The translations under genes were made by a program, and so were the position numbers. A stretch of DNA of 41,716 bases. Origin: Candidatus Geocrenenecus huangii (GTDB lineage Archaea > Thermoproteota > Nitrososphaeria_A > Caldarchaeales > Wolframiiraptoraceae). The notes under the pieces were generated by a model. The model ran no database searches, had not been told where the DNA came from, and was given only the letters and a program-made list of their open reading frames with translations. Positions 27,606 to 37,818 of this stretch are shown here, piece by piece (position 1 is the first letter of the stretch; each line of letters opens with the position of its first letter). Location of the stretch: positions 1-41,716 of the forward strand of contig JALNLM010000012.1 in assembly GCA_023254095.1 (NCBI GenBank). The letters run 5' to 3'.

Positions 27606-28925
27606 ATGGATTCTCTAGACAGGTTTATCTCGCTGGCATCCGAGCTAGGTGCAACCGATACAGTTATCGAAGTCTATAAAGGCTTAACTAGGATGATTAG
27701 ATTTTCAAATAATGAAATAACCGTTGTTAAAGAGATGGTAAATGAAAGGGTAGCCGTGTACGCCGCTATCAGAGAGAAAAGAGCTATACTTGAAATAAAC
27801 GATGCATCAACTCCATCCATCAAGAAAGCGGTTAAAGAAGTTGTCGAGATGGCTAAGAAGAGTCGGCCTTCAGATTTATATGCTCCCTTACCCAAGGGGC
27901 CCTTCAAATATAACTCTGAGTTATTAAAAGTCGGTAAAGTCAGAGGATTACCCGAACATCTAGTTGGATACGTTGAGACCTCCGTAAACGAAGCTCTAAA
28001 CCAGGGGGCGATAAGGGTCGCTGGCACACTAACCTACTCTGCGGGAAGAAGAATCCTGAAGACGAGTAATGGAGCTGAAGGAGTATCTAGGTCTTCAAGC
28101 ATATCCATCTCGGTTCGGGCCTTCGCAGCGGATGACGCGACAGGACACTTTGTCTCCATAGCCACAGACGATAAGAACTTTAAACCAGAAGTAGCAGGGA
28201 GAATGGCTGGACAGATCGCTAAGCTCGCCGTCAACCCGGTTGAATGTGAGCCCGGAACGTATGAAGCCCTTCTTGGACCAATGATCTCGGCAAATATTCT
28301 GGAACAAGCAGGAGATGCTTCCTCAGCTTTTTACGTTGATGCGGGTTTCTCATTCTTAACTAATCTGATAGGAAGAGAAGTTGCTTCAAATGTCTTAACG
28401 TTAGTTGATGATCCAACTATTCCAGAGACGGTTGGAGCTGAACCATTCGACGACGAGGGGCTACCTACTAGGAAGAACATCATTATAGATTCAGGTGTTC
28501 TGAAAACTTACCTACATAATTCTACGACTGCTAAGAAGTTTGGAGTAGAGTCTACCGCAAACGCGGGTCTCATCATTCCGCAACCCTTCAACCTCCTAGT
28601 TGAGGGGGAGGGCAGACCGCTGGACAAATTGATCTCAGGCATCGATGACGGAATATACGTTACCAACAACTGGTATCTAAGATACCAGAATTATAGAACA
28701 GGCGATTTCTCAACCCTTCCACGAGACGGCATCTTCAGAATCAGAAAAGGCAGCATAGAGCATCCGGTAAAGAATCTCAGGATCAGCGATAACATGCTTA
28801 ATTTACTGAAGAACATCCGTGAGATTAGTCAGGAAAAGTACTGGATACTTTGGTGGGAAGTGGATAAACCCGTTTATGCTCCATATATTTCGCTAAGTGA
28901 GCTAACCTTCACGAGACCATATTAA
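27606..28925 (+). CDS. TldD/PmbA-family protein, PmbA/TldE type; ORF track starts at 27567, ATG 27606 preferred
   Basis: RFSNNEIT, PFDDEG, GVLKTYLHN, TANAG, GDFS; no HExxxH. Confidence 0.88.
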   Translation: MDSLDRFISLASELGATDTVIEVYKGLTRMIRFSNNEITVVKEMVNERVAVYAAIREKRAILEINDASTPSIKKAVKEVVEMAKKSRPSDLYAPLPKGPFKYNSELLKVGKVRGLPEHLVGYVETSVNEALNQGAIRVAGTLTYSAGRRILKTSNGAEGVSRSSSISISVRAFAADDATGHFVSIATDDKNFKPEVAGRMAGQIAKLAVNPVECEPGTYEALLGPMISANILEQAGDASSAFYVDAGFSFLTNLIGREVASNVLTLVDDPTIPETVGAEPFDDEGLPTRKNIIIDSGVLKTYLHNSTTAKKFGVESTANAGLIIPQPFNLLVEGEGRPLDKLISGIDDGIYVTNNWYLRYQNYRTGDFSTLPRDGIFRIRKGSIEHPVKNLRISDNMLNLLKNIREISQEKYWILWWEVDKPVYAPYISLSELTFTRPY

Positions 28926-28932
28926 GACAGAT

Positions 28933-29073
28933 TCATCTTAAGATGGATTTAGAGGCCTTCCTAACTTCTTCTTTCAATTCTTCGAGGCCCTTGTTTATCT
29001 CCTTCATCAACCTATCTTCCAATTCTTTAAATTCCTGCTCAACTTTTTCTCTCGCCCTAGATCCTAAGCTCAA
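28933..29073 (-). CDS. Unannotated 46-aa charged helical protein overlapping the atpD stop; candidate small A-ATPase subunit
   Basis: TTG start after GAGGAGG; MSLGSRAREKVEQEFKELEDRLMKEINKGLEELKEEVRKASKSILR*. Confidence 0.6.
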   Translation of the reverse strand: MSLGSRAREKVEQEFKELEDRLMKEINKGLEELKEEVRKASKSILR

Positions 29074-29725
29074 CCTTCTCAACCTCCTCAATCTTTCTTC
29101 TCTCAAGTATTCTCTTCACATGTTTTAGCTTTATGAATTCCTCTCTTTCCCTTTCTTCAAGCGTCATAGAAATAAACTTTATCGCTTCTTCGTATCTAGG
29201 GATAACTACGTGTTCCAAGGCATTCAGCAACCTCTGGGTCTTCTTCAATTCTTCCGCAAGCCGGAAAATAGTATTCTCTATCTCTGCGGCTTCACATATC
29301 TTGGGTATGAGTTTTCTAAAGTTTTTGGCCGCGTCGTCTAGGTGGGCGGTTGTATCTTTAAATCCATATGTTAGAGGAGGCTCAGTAAACCTAGCATTTA
29401 TCGTCGGGATCTTCACGCCCAGTATAGTTTTTAAACCCACCTCCAAGTTTGTCGTTTCAGGTACTGTTGAAGCTATAGCATCTAGAGATGAGATCCCCAT
29501 GCTCATATACGCTCTGGACACGCTGTTATACGCTTCTCGTAGAGGTGTGTAAAGCTCCATCCTAGCTTTCTCAGCCCTCTCAATCATTTCATTCAATTTA
29601 TTTATCAGGACATCACGCTTGTCTTCAAGTATCCTATGGACGTTCCTAGCAACGGAAAGCGACCGCCTAATCTTAATCAATTCAAGCTTAGTTGGAAGAA
29701 ACTTACCCCCAAAAGATACCGACAT
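29057..29725 (-). CDS. atpD: A/V-type ATP synthase subunit D
   Basis: PTKLEL, LEDKRD, KTQRLLNALEHVVIP, LEEREREEF. Confidence 0.96.
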   Translation of the reverse strand: MSVSFGGKFLPTKLELIKIRRSLSVARNVHRILEDKRDVLINKLNEMIERAEKARMELYTPLREAYNSVSRAYMSMGISSLDAIASTVPETTNLEVGLKTILGVKIPTINARFTEPPLTYGFKDTTAHLDDAAKNFRKLIPKICEAAEIENTIFRLAEELKKTQRLLNALEHVVIPRYEEAIKFISMTLEEREREEFIKLKHVKRILERRKIEEVEKVELRI

Positions 29726-30102
29726 CTTCCTACACTCCTAGTGAAATATCCTCACATTCCTATTAAAAATCCTTAACTCTGCTCCACTATATGGAGAGAA
29801 TTGGCATAAGGAGACCCTCGATTGATGATCTATAATACTGGAAGGCAATAGACATAGAAGATGTTAACCTACTAGATAATGATGTCAAACTGTGAAAACT
29901 CTATCGATCTCTAAGTTCTGCCGCTCATCAACTACGGAGGTTGTTTATGCTGTATGTTCTCTATAAATTCTTTTAAAGTCTTCTATAACACTAAAGCATC
30001 TATCTAAACATCAGATCCTTTCAAGAAACACTCTTGAGAAACTAATTTCAATTATTTTAATTTTGAAGAAGAGATTAGTTATTTTGCTTTCTAGGATAGC
30101 AG

Positions 30103-31119
30103 TCACTTTTTTAACACTTTGTCTATCTCTCTTAGGTCTTCACATACGAATCTACCATTGCTTGCGATTAACACTCCATCAAAATATACATCGGGGTTAT
30201 AGAGCCCTACATCTGTGTGAGATTTTGCTTTTCCGATACGCCCTTTAAATTTTAAGCTCTGAGAGCCAAAACCGAATTCTATCCCTGCGTAAAGTCTTTC
30301 ATCTTCAAGAGGTATTCCCGTCAATCTTGCTTTTGGATGAAAACCCCATGAAGCATGTGCTATATAATACATTTTTTCATCTTCTATGCTTCTCAACCAA
30401 TTCCCGAATATTTTTGCCTCGACACCTCCTTCAATCTCGACGATTTTCCCCTCTCTGATGTATAGTTTTACAGGCTTTTTGAGAATGCCTAACTCCGTTG
30501 GAGGCCATATGAAGGTGTCTACTACTATGGTACCTTCAATACTCTCTTCAATAGGGGCCCATGATATCTGTCCACCTAATGGTTTGTAAATACCCTTCTC
30601 TTTGAGAATTCCATCATTATGGTAAACGGGTCGAGCTGGATCATTTTCAAATCTTAGGTCTGTCCCATTATTACTTTTTATATGAACCTCTCTTGCATCT
30701 TTAGTAATTTTTACTAGTTGGTCTCCTAGTTCACACATTTTTAGATAGTCAACTCTTCCTATAAGTCTAATCATCATATCTGGATTCATGCCTGTTAGCT
30801 CAAGAATTCTAGCTCCTGCTTTAAGTGCTTCATTATATGCGTTTGTATGGAGAATGTACATTAATGGGAGACTAATAATTACATCACTAGATATCATAGC
30901 CTCAGCAACATGTTTAGGTGGCTCCATATTTACTTCTTCTCTCGTCTCATATATCATGATAGATGGTTCCGCATTTAGAGAATAGGCTGCAGATGCTAAC
31001 ATTTTAAGCATCTCTAAATCTATAGCTGTATCTGCTAAGATCAAAATTTTTTCACCAGAGTTTGTTAAAGCAAGATCACGGACTGTCTTCAAAGCTGAAT
31101 TATAAAGTTCCATAAACAT
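30103..31119 (-). CDS. M29-fold (aminopeptidase T/COG2309-like) metalloprotein; start likely 31119 or 31113
   Basis: GEKILI, NGTDL, GTIVVD, EDER, HTD; a BRE/TATA (GAAAAATCTTTATAAG, 31160-31175) lies inside the longer ORF-track call. Confidence 0.75.
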   Translation of the reverse strand: MFMELYNSALKTVRDLALTNSGEKILILADTAIDLEMLKMLASAAYSLNAEPSIMIYETREEVNMEPPKHVAEAMISSDVIISLPLMYILHTNAYNEALKAGARILELTGMNPDMMIRLIGRVDYLKMCELGDQLVKITKDAREVHIKSNNGTDLRFENDPARPVYHNDGILKEKGIYKPLGGQISWAPIEESIEGTIVVDTFIWPPTELGILKKPVKLYIREGKIVEIEGGVEAKIFGNWLRSIEDEKMYYIAHASWGFHPKARLTGIPLEDERLYAGIEFGFGSQSLKFKGRIGKAKSHTDVGLYNPDVYFDGVLIASNGRFVCEDLREIDKVLKK

Positions 31120-31244
31120 ACTCAAACTATAACACCTTGTATTAACGTAGATTAACCTCTTATAAAGATTTTTCAAGACAAGAATTTATCCTTCTTATGG
31201 AAAATAAATATAAGGGAATATGGTCCTAAAAAGAGAGGTAAACT

Positions 31245-31925
31245 ATGTTAAATCGTGTTGGTATGTTAACGATCGGTCAATCTCCAAGAGAAGATATCAT
31301 GAAGGATTTTTCAAAAATCTTACCGAGTGGTATAGAGATAGTGGAGGCAGGAGCTCTAGACGATTTTAAGAGCAGGAACGAGATTATAGAATCTTTAAAA
31401 CCTGAACCTGGTGAAGTAGTTTATATTTCAAGATTGAGAGACGGGTCAGAAATAAGAATATCTAGAGAGAAACTTATACCCCTTATGGATCTAAAGATCA
31501 AATATTTAGATTCTCAGAAAGTTGATATAATAATCATATTGTGTTCTGGAGAATTTCCAGAATTCGAGACTAAGACTCTCATAATATATCCTGAAAAGAT
31601 ACTTAAAGGAGTCGCTTCAAGTATCTCCTATAGCGGAGATGTAGCAGTGCTAATACCATCTCCAGAACAGATAGATTATGCATATAAGAAGTGGTCAAAG
31701 TATTTTCATAGATTAGAAGTTATACCTATCTCTCCATACTCGTTTAGTGTTGAAGAATTCAGTATTGTTGGAAAGAGGATAAAAGAGAAAAGTATAAAGT
31801 TGGTTATAATGGATTGTATAGGCTATACTTTTATGCATAAAGAAGTTTTACGAACGTCAGCCCCTATGTCGAGGATAATTAGTACTAGAGGAGTCTTAGG
31901 AAAGATTATTTCTGAGATGTTTTAG
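31245..31925 (+). CDS. AroM-family protein
   Basis: TIGQSPR.D, GALD, SRLRDGS, LCSGEF, SPY, MDCIGY. Confidence 0.9.
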   Translation: MLNRVGMLTIGQSPREDIMKDFSKILPSGIEIVEAGALDDFKSRNEIIESLKPEPGEVVYISRLRDGSEIRISREKLIPLMDLKIKYLDSQKVDIIIILCSGEFPEFETKTLIIYPEKILKGVASSISYSGDVAVLIPSPEQIDYAYKKWSKYFHRLEVIPISPYSFSVEEFSIVGKRIKEKSIKLVIMDCIGYTFMHKEVLRTSAPMSRIISTRGVLGKIISEMF

Positions 31926-31971
31926 AAGGCACCTTATCATTAAAGTTTTTGTCAGAATATCTTGAGAATTG

Positions 31972-32856
31972 TTATCTTTTTCTCAGACGTGGGTTTAAAT
32001 ATTCTACTAATCCGTCTCCTAGCAAATTAAGCCCTATTACTATAATGGATAACATTAAGCCTGGGAATACCGCCATCCACCATGCATTCATTAAGTATTG
32101 TTGAGCCGTATTCAGCATTAACCCTAAGCTGGGCACATTTGGATCAGCTATACCTAGGAAGCCTAATCCAGCCTCAATTAATATAGCGGCATTGATCTGT
32201 AATATAACGTAGGGTATAACTGAGGGCATAGCATTCGGTAATATCTCACTAAATATTATCTTTATATCAGATAACCCTATTGCTTTAGCCGCTTCTATGA
32301 AGGGTCTCTCTCTTATTGAGAGGAATTCAGCTCGGATCATTCTTGCTATTCCTGGCCAACTAACTATTCCTATAGCTATAATTATATTTTGAAAATTTTG
32401 ACCAAATATTGCAACGATAATTAACGCCAGTAAGAACTGTGGTAGTATCAATGTCATATCTGTTATTCTCATTAAGAAGTCTTCCAATAGACCTCTATAA
32501 TAACCTGCTAAAACACCTATTAATGTTCCAATTATGACTGCTATTAAAACTGAGCTTAATCCTACAATGAGTGATGTTCTTATACCATAAACAACATTAG
32601 TATAGATGTCTCTGCCTAAATCATCAGTTCCGAAAAGATAATAATTGTTCGGAGTCGTAAACGGTTCACCTACAAGTGTCTTAAGAGGAGGATACCAAGT
32701 TATGAGTGGTGCGGTTATAGCCATCATAGTAATTGCGAGAACAACTACTAATCCAGTAAAAACTCGAGAATTCGCTTTTGCGGGAGTTATTTTTTTAAAT
32801 AAGAGTTGAAGAAAATTAGACTTTAAAAGAGAATTCTTTCCAATTATCTTATTCAT
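31972..32856 (-). CDS. Peptide/nickel ABC permease (DppC/OppC)
   Basis: FGTDDLGRD, EAAKAIG..ILPN, LGFLG, WWMAVFPG. Confidence 0.93.
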   Translation of the reverse strand: MNKIIGKNSLLKSNFLQLLFKKITPAKANSRVFTGLVVVLAITMMAITAPLITWYPPLKTLVGEPFTTPNNYYLFGTDDLGRDIYTNVVYGIRTSLIVGLSSVLIAVIIGTLIGVLAGYYRGLLEDFLMRITDMTLILPQFLLALIIVAIFGQNFQNIIIAIGIVSWPGIARMIRAEFLSIRERPFIEAAKAIGLSDIKIIFSEILPNAMPSVIPYVILQINAAILIEAGLGFLGIADPNVPSLGLMLNTAQQYLMNAWWMAVFPGLMLSIIVIGLNLLGDGLVEYLNPRLRKR

Positions 32857-32863
32857 ATAGACA

Positions 32864-33832
32864 TCATCTCACGCGGATTCTTGGATCTAATAAGCCATAC
32901 AGTATATCTACGATTAGATTTGCAATAATAATAATTATTGAACCATATATGAATACTCCAAGTATAACTGGGTAATCTCTAAGTCTAATCGAATCGTAGA
33001 GTAATGAACCCATTCCAGGCCATGCGAAGATTGTCTCTGTTAAGATCGCACCGATGAGTAAGACGCCCGTATTGAACCCTGTATAAGTCACGACGGGTAT
33101 TAGTGCGTTTCTAAGGGCATGTTTAAATATCACTTTACTCTCAGGTAATCCTTTCGAGCGAGCTGTTACTATATAATCTTGTGTAAGTGCTTCCAATACA
33201 CTTCCTCTAGTAATCTTCGTTGTATAGGCTAGGTTAAAAATAGCTAATGTCATGACGGGTAGAACTAGATGATATATTACATCTAAAATATGATCTATTC
33301 CCTGGTAGTTTCTTCCAACGGTAACCATTCCACCTAATGGAAAGAGTCCTAACTTAACAGCGAAGATTACGAGTATTATTTGACCTAACCAGAAGTAGGG
33401 TATTGAGATGCCGACTAATGAGAATGTAGAGAGAGAAATATCGAGAACGCCTCTCTTAGCAGCAGCAATAGTTCCTATTATTATTCCGACAAGAGCTGAA
33501 AAAAACATCGCTGTTAGAACTAATAAAAGTGTAGCAGGTATACGATCTATTATCAACTTAGCGACAGGTTCGGATCTAAGGTAAGAGTAACCTAGATCAC
33601 CTTTCAATACATTTGAAACGTATATTAGGAAGCGTTCGTGAAGAGGTTTATCAAGCCCCAATCTTGCTCTTGCAGCTCTTACGAATTCTTCATCTCCAAC
33701 TTCTCCTACCAAGATAAATGTGGGATCTCCGGGAGCCATGTTAACGAGTATGAAAGTTATTATTATAACAGCAAACATCATTGGTATATACTGCACTAAC
33801 TTTTTAATAATAAAAGATATTAGAGGAGACAT
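32864..33832 (-). CDS. Peptide/nickel ABC permease (DppB/OppB)
   Basis: PGDP, GDLGYS, TARSKGL..HALRNA, ETIFAWPG, LDPRIR. Confidence 0.94.
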   Translation of the reverse strand: MSPLISFIIKKLVQYIPMMFAVIIITFILVNMAPGDPTFILVGEVGDEEFVRAARARLGLDKPLHERFLIYVSNVLKGDLGYSYLRSEPVAKLIIDRIPATLLLVLTAMFFSALVGIIIGTIAAAKRGVLDISLSTFSLVGISIPYFWLGQIILVIFAVKLGLFPLGGMVTVGRNYQGIDHILDVIYHLVLPVMTLAIFNLAYTTKITRGSVLEALTQDYIVTARSKGLPESKVIFKHALRNALIPVVTYTGFNTGVLLIGAILTETIFAWPGMGSLLYDSIRLRDYPVILGVFIYGSIIIIIANLIVDILYGLLDPRIRVR

Positions 33833-33936
33833 TATGTTTATACCTCCGATTTTAGGAATGGTTTTCTCAGTAAAAAGTTTTTCTTAAGTTGGACAAGATA
33901 CAAGGTAGATAAGTTTATATCAATGTAAACCCAATC

Positions 33937-34947
33937 TCACTCATATAGGAAACAAGAGACAAGCCTATCATCAACTTGAAAGTATGATGGAGTTTCTGTT
34001 CTACATTTATCCATGACGTAGGGGCATCTAGGGTGGAAGTGGCAACCAGGAGGAGGATCTATTAAAGAGGGAGGCTCCCCAGTTATAGGTATACGTTTCC
34101 TTTCTCTCGCACTCTCGGGATCTGGTATGGGAATGGCTGAGATGAGCACCTTCGTGTAAGGATGTAAAGGGGATTCTATTATTCTATCTGTCTCACCTAA
34201 TTCAACCATTCTTCCCAAGTACATTACTAAAGTATTTTTGCACATACTTTTAATTAACGCGATATCATGGGAGATGACAATATATGTCATGTCTCCTCGA
34301 CTTTCATTGTATATGTCAAGAAGTAATTTAATAATCTGTCCTCTAACAGATACATCAAGAGCTGATACAGGTTCATCAGCTATTAAAAGTCTTGGATTGA
34401 GAGCAATCGCTCTAGATATGCATACTCTCTGCCTTTGCCCTCCGCTAAGTTCATGAGGGTATCTTTCAAGAAACAGTTCTGGAGGAGATAAACCAACTTT
34501 CTCCAACAAGCTTAATATCCTCTCATGGATTTCTTCGCTACTTAAGGAAGTGTGTAGCTTAAGTACCTGTGCAAGTATCTGCTTAACCTTCTTTCTAGGA
34601 TTTAGAGAAGCCATTGGATCTTGGAAGATCATCTGCATCTGCGGTCTGAGTCTTCTTAACTCATGTTTATTCAGTTCAAAAATATTCTTATTATCAAAAT
34701 AGACTGAGCCCGATGTAGGTTCTATGAGCCTCAATACTAAACGTGCTAAAGTAGTTTTACCTGATCCACTTTCGCCAACTATGCCTAAAGTCCCGCCTTT
34801 CTCGACTACGAAGCTTATGTTATCAACAGCTTTAACATATTTCTGAGGACCAGCAAAGAAGCCCCTACTTACTGGAAAATACTTTTTGAGATTTATAACT
34901 TTCAGAGAGAAATGACTTTCCATAAATATCACTCCATAAGCCAACAT
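33937..34947 (-). CDS. Peptide ABC ATPase (DppF/OppF); likely start ATG 34923
   Basis: GESGSGKT, LSGGQ, DEPVSALD, C-terminal GCHFHPRC..C..C. Confidence 0.94.
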   Translation of the reverse strand: MLAYGVIFMESHFSLKVINLKKYFPVSRGFFAGPQKYVKAVDNISFVVEKGGTLGIVGESGSGKTTLARLVLRLIEPTSGSVYFDNKNIFELNKHELRRLRPQMQMIFQDPMASLNPRKKVKQILAQVLKLHTSLSSEEIHERILSLLEKVGLSPPELFLERYPHELSGGQRQRVCISRAIALNPRLLIADEPVSALDVSVRGQIIKLLLDIYNESRGDMTYIVISHDIALIKSMCKNTLVMYLGRMVELGETDRIIESPLHPYTKVLISAIPIPDPESARERKRIPITGEPPSLIDPPPGCHFHPRCPYVMDKCRTETPSYFQVDDRLVSCFLYE

Positions 34948-35894
34948 GCGACATATCTATTCTTGTTAAAATTAATCAATGGGGGCTCTTCTCGCATACA
35001 TTTCTCAAACATATAGGGACATCTTGGATGAAACCTACAGCCAGGAGGGGGATTAGTTAGATCGGGTATACTACCTGTCATAATATGAATTCTAGACTGC
35101 GATTCTTTAATGGTTGGAACAGCATTGAGTAAACCTATAGTATAGGGATGTTTTGGATCTTTATACAAGCTATAAATATCCGCTAACTCAACTATTTTAC
35201 CAGCATACATTATTGCAACTCTATCGCAAGTTTCAGCTACGATCCCTAAATCATGAGTAACGAGTATTAAAGCTGTCTTTAGTTCCCGGATTAAGTTTTT
35301 CAATAGTTCTAAAACCTCTGCCTGAACAGTAACATCTAATGCTGTCGTGGGCTCATCAGCTATTAGAAGTTCAGGATTACAAGAAATAGCTATAGAAATC
35401 ATGACTCTTTGTTTCATCCCTCCACTTAATTGATGAGGATAACGTGATGCTACATTATCCGCATCGGGAACTTTTAATTTCTCTAATAACTCTATTGATT
35501 TCTTTCTAGCTTCTTTCAGTGAACAATTCTGATGATGTACTATGCTCTCTGCTATTTGATCACCAACCTTCATTACTGGATTAAGATAAGTCATAGGATC
35601 TTGGAAAATCATGCCTATTCTACCTCCTCTTATTTTTCTCAATTCTTTTTCAGATAATTTAGTTAGGTCTATTTTCTCTGGATGTAACTGAATACTTCCA
35701 CTTAGAATTCGAGCATTATCTGGAAGTAGTCTTGGTATTGAGAGGGCTAAAGTAGTTTTACCACTTCCAGATTCTCCAACGATGGCTACTGCTTCTCCTC
35801 TGTTAACTTCTAATGAGATATTATCTACAGCTTTAACTAAGCTTTGTAGTGTGGAATAGTAAACGACTAAATTGGATATTTCGAGCAGTTTCAA
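34929..35894 (-). CDS. Peptide ABC ATPase (DppD/OppD)
   Basis: GESGSGKT, LSGGM, DEPTTALD, GCRFHPRC. Confidence 0.94.
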   Translation of the reverse strand: MKLLEISNLVVYYSTLQSLVKAVDNISLEVNRGEAVAIVGESGSGKTTLALSIPRLLPDNARILSGSIQLHPEKIDLTKLSEKELRKIRGGRIGMIFQDPMTYLNPVMKVGDQIAESIVHHQNCSLKEARKKSIELLEKLKVPDADNVASRYPHQLSGGMKQRVMISIAISCNPELLIADEPTTALDVTVQAEVLELLKNLIRELKTALILVTHDLGIVAETCDRVAIMYAGKIVELADIYSLYKDPKHPYTIGLLNAVPTIKESQSRIHIMTGSIPDLTNPPPGCRFHPRCPYMFEKCMREEPPLINFNKNRYVACWLME

Positions 35895-36044
35895 TAGTAG
35901 TCCCCGGACTTTATGTTAATATAGACTGTTAATAAAGCTTTCAAGACAACCATGTTCTGATAACTTGCTACATCTCTAGCATATCTTAGAAATTGGCTGA
36001 AATCCTAAACTACTCTACATTCGTTGTTAATCGTAGGAAATCAG

Positions 36045-37145
36045 TTACAGAATTTGAGATGTATTTGTAAACTTGATAATCTCCTTATTGATAATCTCCT
36101 CTACTTCTTGCAATATTTTAATATCTTTAACACCTTCACCTAAACGTATTTTTTCCTTCGGAACCATTAATATTAGTACTTCATGATTTATATGTATTTC
36201 CGCCGATGAGACTGGTAGCCCTGAATTACAATCTAAAGTGACTATTAAGTCTGGAAAAGTAGCGAGTCTTCTGTTCTTCGAGTCCTCAAGCGTCATGTAT
36301 TCATTCCAGAAAGTTATTTCGTATTTATCTAATTTACCTTTCACTATAACCTTGCCTATATCGTATCCGCCTCTACTTTCAAGTAAAACATGTTCTACTA
36401 ATCCCCTATCTACTGTCTTCCCATCAATCAACTTAGTTATTTCCTCACTTATCTTCTCAACATCTTTCTTATATTTCTGGAATATCTTCCCAACTTCTAT
36501 TGCTTCGGTTAAAGCTCCTACTGCTGCATTCTTCTTAACAAATTCCGGCGTTAAAGGGTTTCTAGAAACCGCCACCATACCTCCAGCTTGCACAGAGGCT
36601 TCTCTTATTATCTTGTCAACACTTTGTAATGATCCTCTCACAATTATCTCAATATATCTATTAAGGTTCTTATCCCCTCCAACAGCAGTCTGGATGGATA
36701 TGTAGTCTTCTACCTTATGAAGACCCATAGAACCCATCACACCTGTTGGATGTGCCCGTCCATCTGCAGGTGCGTCGATAACGGGTACATCGAATACCGC
36801 TGCAGGTATCCATCCATTCACGGTCGATAATCCACCATTCTCAGAAGTTATAAAACCTCCTATAGGGACCTCCGCTACATCTAGAAGTAGTTGAGCGGAC
36901 CTGATTATGTGACTAGGAAGTACATATTTTTCTTTAGCGGAGGGAGCTCCAATAATTGAAGAAGTAACAATATAATTGTCTCTATTATTTAATACATCAT
37001 CTATATTGAGAATCATAACATCGCCTAATTCTACAGCGAGCTTAGCATACTTTAATCCGGTGTATAGATCACCTCCTCCGCCGCCTCCATAAAAAGCTCC
37101 ACCTAAAACTGCTGCTTCAGCAATGGATTCATCTACTCTGATCAT
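36045..37145 (-). CDS. DUF917-family protein
   Basis: GGGGGG near the N-terminus, GAP, ENGG, DxxxDGRAHP, NEY, FPDLI. Confidence 0.88.
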   Translation of the reverse strand: MIRVDESIAEAAVLGGAFYGGGGGGDLYTGLKYAKLAVELGDVMILNIDDVLNNRDNYIVTSSIIGAPSAKEKYVLPSHIIRSAQLLLDVAEVPIGGFITSENGGLSTVNGWIPAAVFDVPVIDAPADGRAHPTGVMGSMGLHKVEDYISIQTAVGGDKNLNRYIEIIVRGSLQSVDKIIREASVQAGGMVAVSRNPLTPEFVKKNAAVGALTEAIEVGKIFQKYKKDVEKISEEITKLIDGKTVDRGLVEHVLLESRGGYDIGKVIVKGKLDKYEITFWNEYMTLEDSKNRRLATFPDLIVTLDCNSGLPVSSAEIHINHEVLILMVPKEKIRLGEGVKDIKILQEVEEIINKEIIKFTNTSQIL

Positions 37146-37150
37146 GCTTA

Positions 37151-37807
37151 TTAAACGCTCCTTTGTTTTAATATACTTAGGGTAATAGCTCCTGCAGCTA
37201 AGATAGGATCTATAACTGGTACTGAAGTTATCTCTTCAGCTAATTTCTTGAAGCCAATTGTTGTGAAGCCAGTACAAGCTAATACTATAACCTCAACATC
37301 GTGTTCTAATAATCTTTTCAAAGCATTTATAGATGCTGTTTTACCTTTCTCACTCATTAAATCAATTACGCTTCCAACATTTTCAAGACTTTCTTCTGCA
37401 ATTAAATGGGGTCCTAGAATTTTCCTAATTATATTCGGGACCTCTTTAGTAATTTTTATAACGCCTACTCTTTCACCACATGTTAAAGCTAGAGACGCTG
37501 AAGCTGATCCTGCTCCAATAATAGGTATCTTAAAAATTCTTCTCGCTTCGGTAACAGCGGGATCCCCTGCGCAACTTATGATAACTGCATCAACATTCAT
37601 ATCTTGAAATTCTTTTATTAGCTTAATGATTTTATGCTTAGCCAACTCTTCACTTTGGAGATCATAGATCCCTTCAGGCTGGTCTTCAATGCATTTTGTT
37701 ACTACCTTTAATTCTGGAAATGCTTTCTCAATAATTCTTCCATGTAAGTTTAGCTTTTCTTCATCCTCCATCGTTAAGACTCTTACGAGACCTATTGTGT
37801 ATTTCAA
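37151..37807 (-). CDS. Asp/Glu/hydantoin racemase-family protein; TTG 37807 preferred over the ORF-track start at 37885
   Basis: Two catalytic-type cysteines (ISCAGDP, LACTGF), PVIDP; GGGGG RBS before the TTG. Confidence 0.85.
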   Translation of the reverse strand: MKYTIGLVRVLTMEDEEKLNLHGRIIEKAFPELKVVTKCIEDQPEGIYDLQSEELAKHKIIKLIKEFQDMNVDAVIISCAGDPAVTEARRIFKIPIIGAGSASASLALTCGERVGVIKITKEVPNIIRKILGPHLIAEESLENVGSVIDLMSEKGKTASINALKRLLEHDVEVIVLACTGFTTIGFKKLAEEITSVPVIDPILAAGAITLSILKQRSV

Positions 37808-37818
37808 GTTTAAACCCC

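Noticed and set aside
28971-28981. CTTTCAATTCT partial match to the CRISPR repeat (also near 5365)
   Set aside because: Only 11 bp, inside coding sequence, and explained by ordinary codons on the minus strand
29885-29931. Second C/D-box sRNA on the minus strand (TTGATGA...TTGA)
   Set aside because: D, D' and C' boxes are all non-canonical
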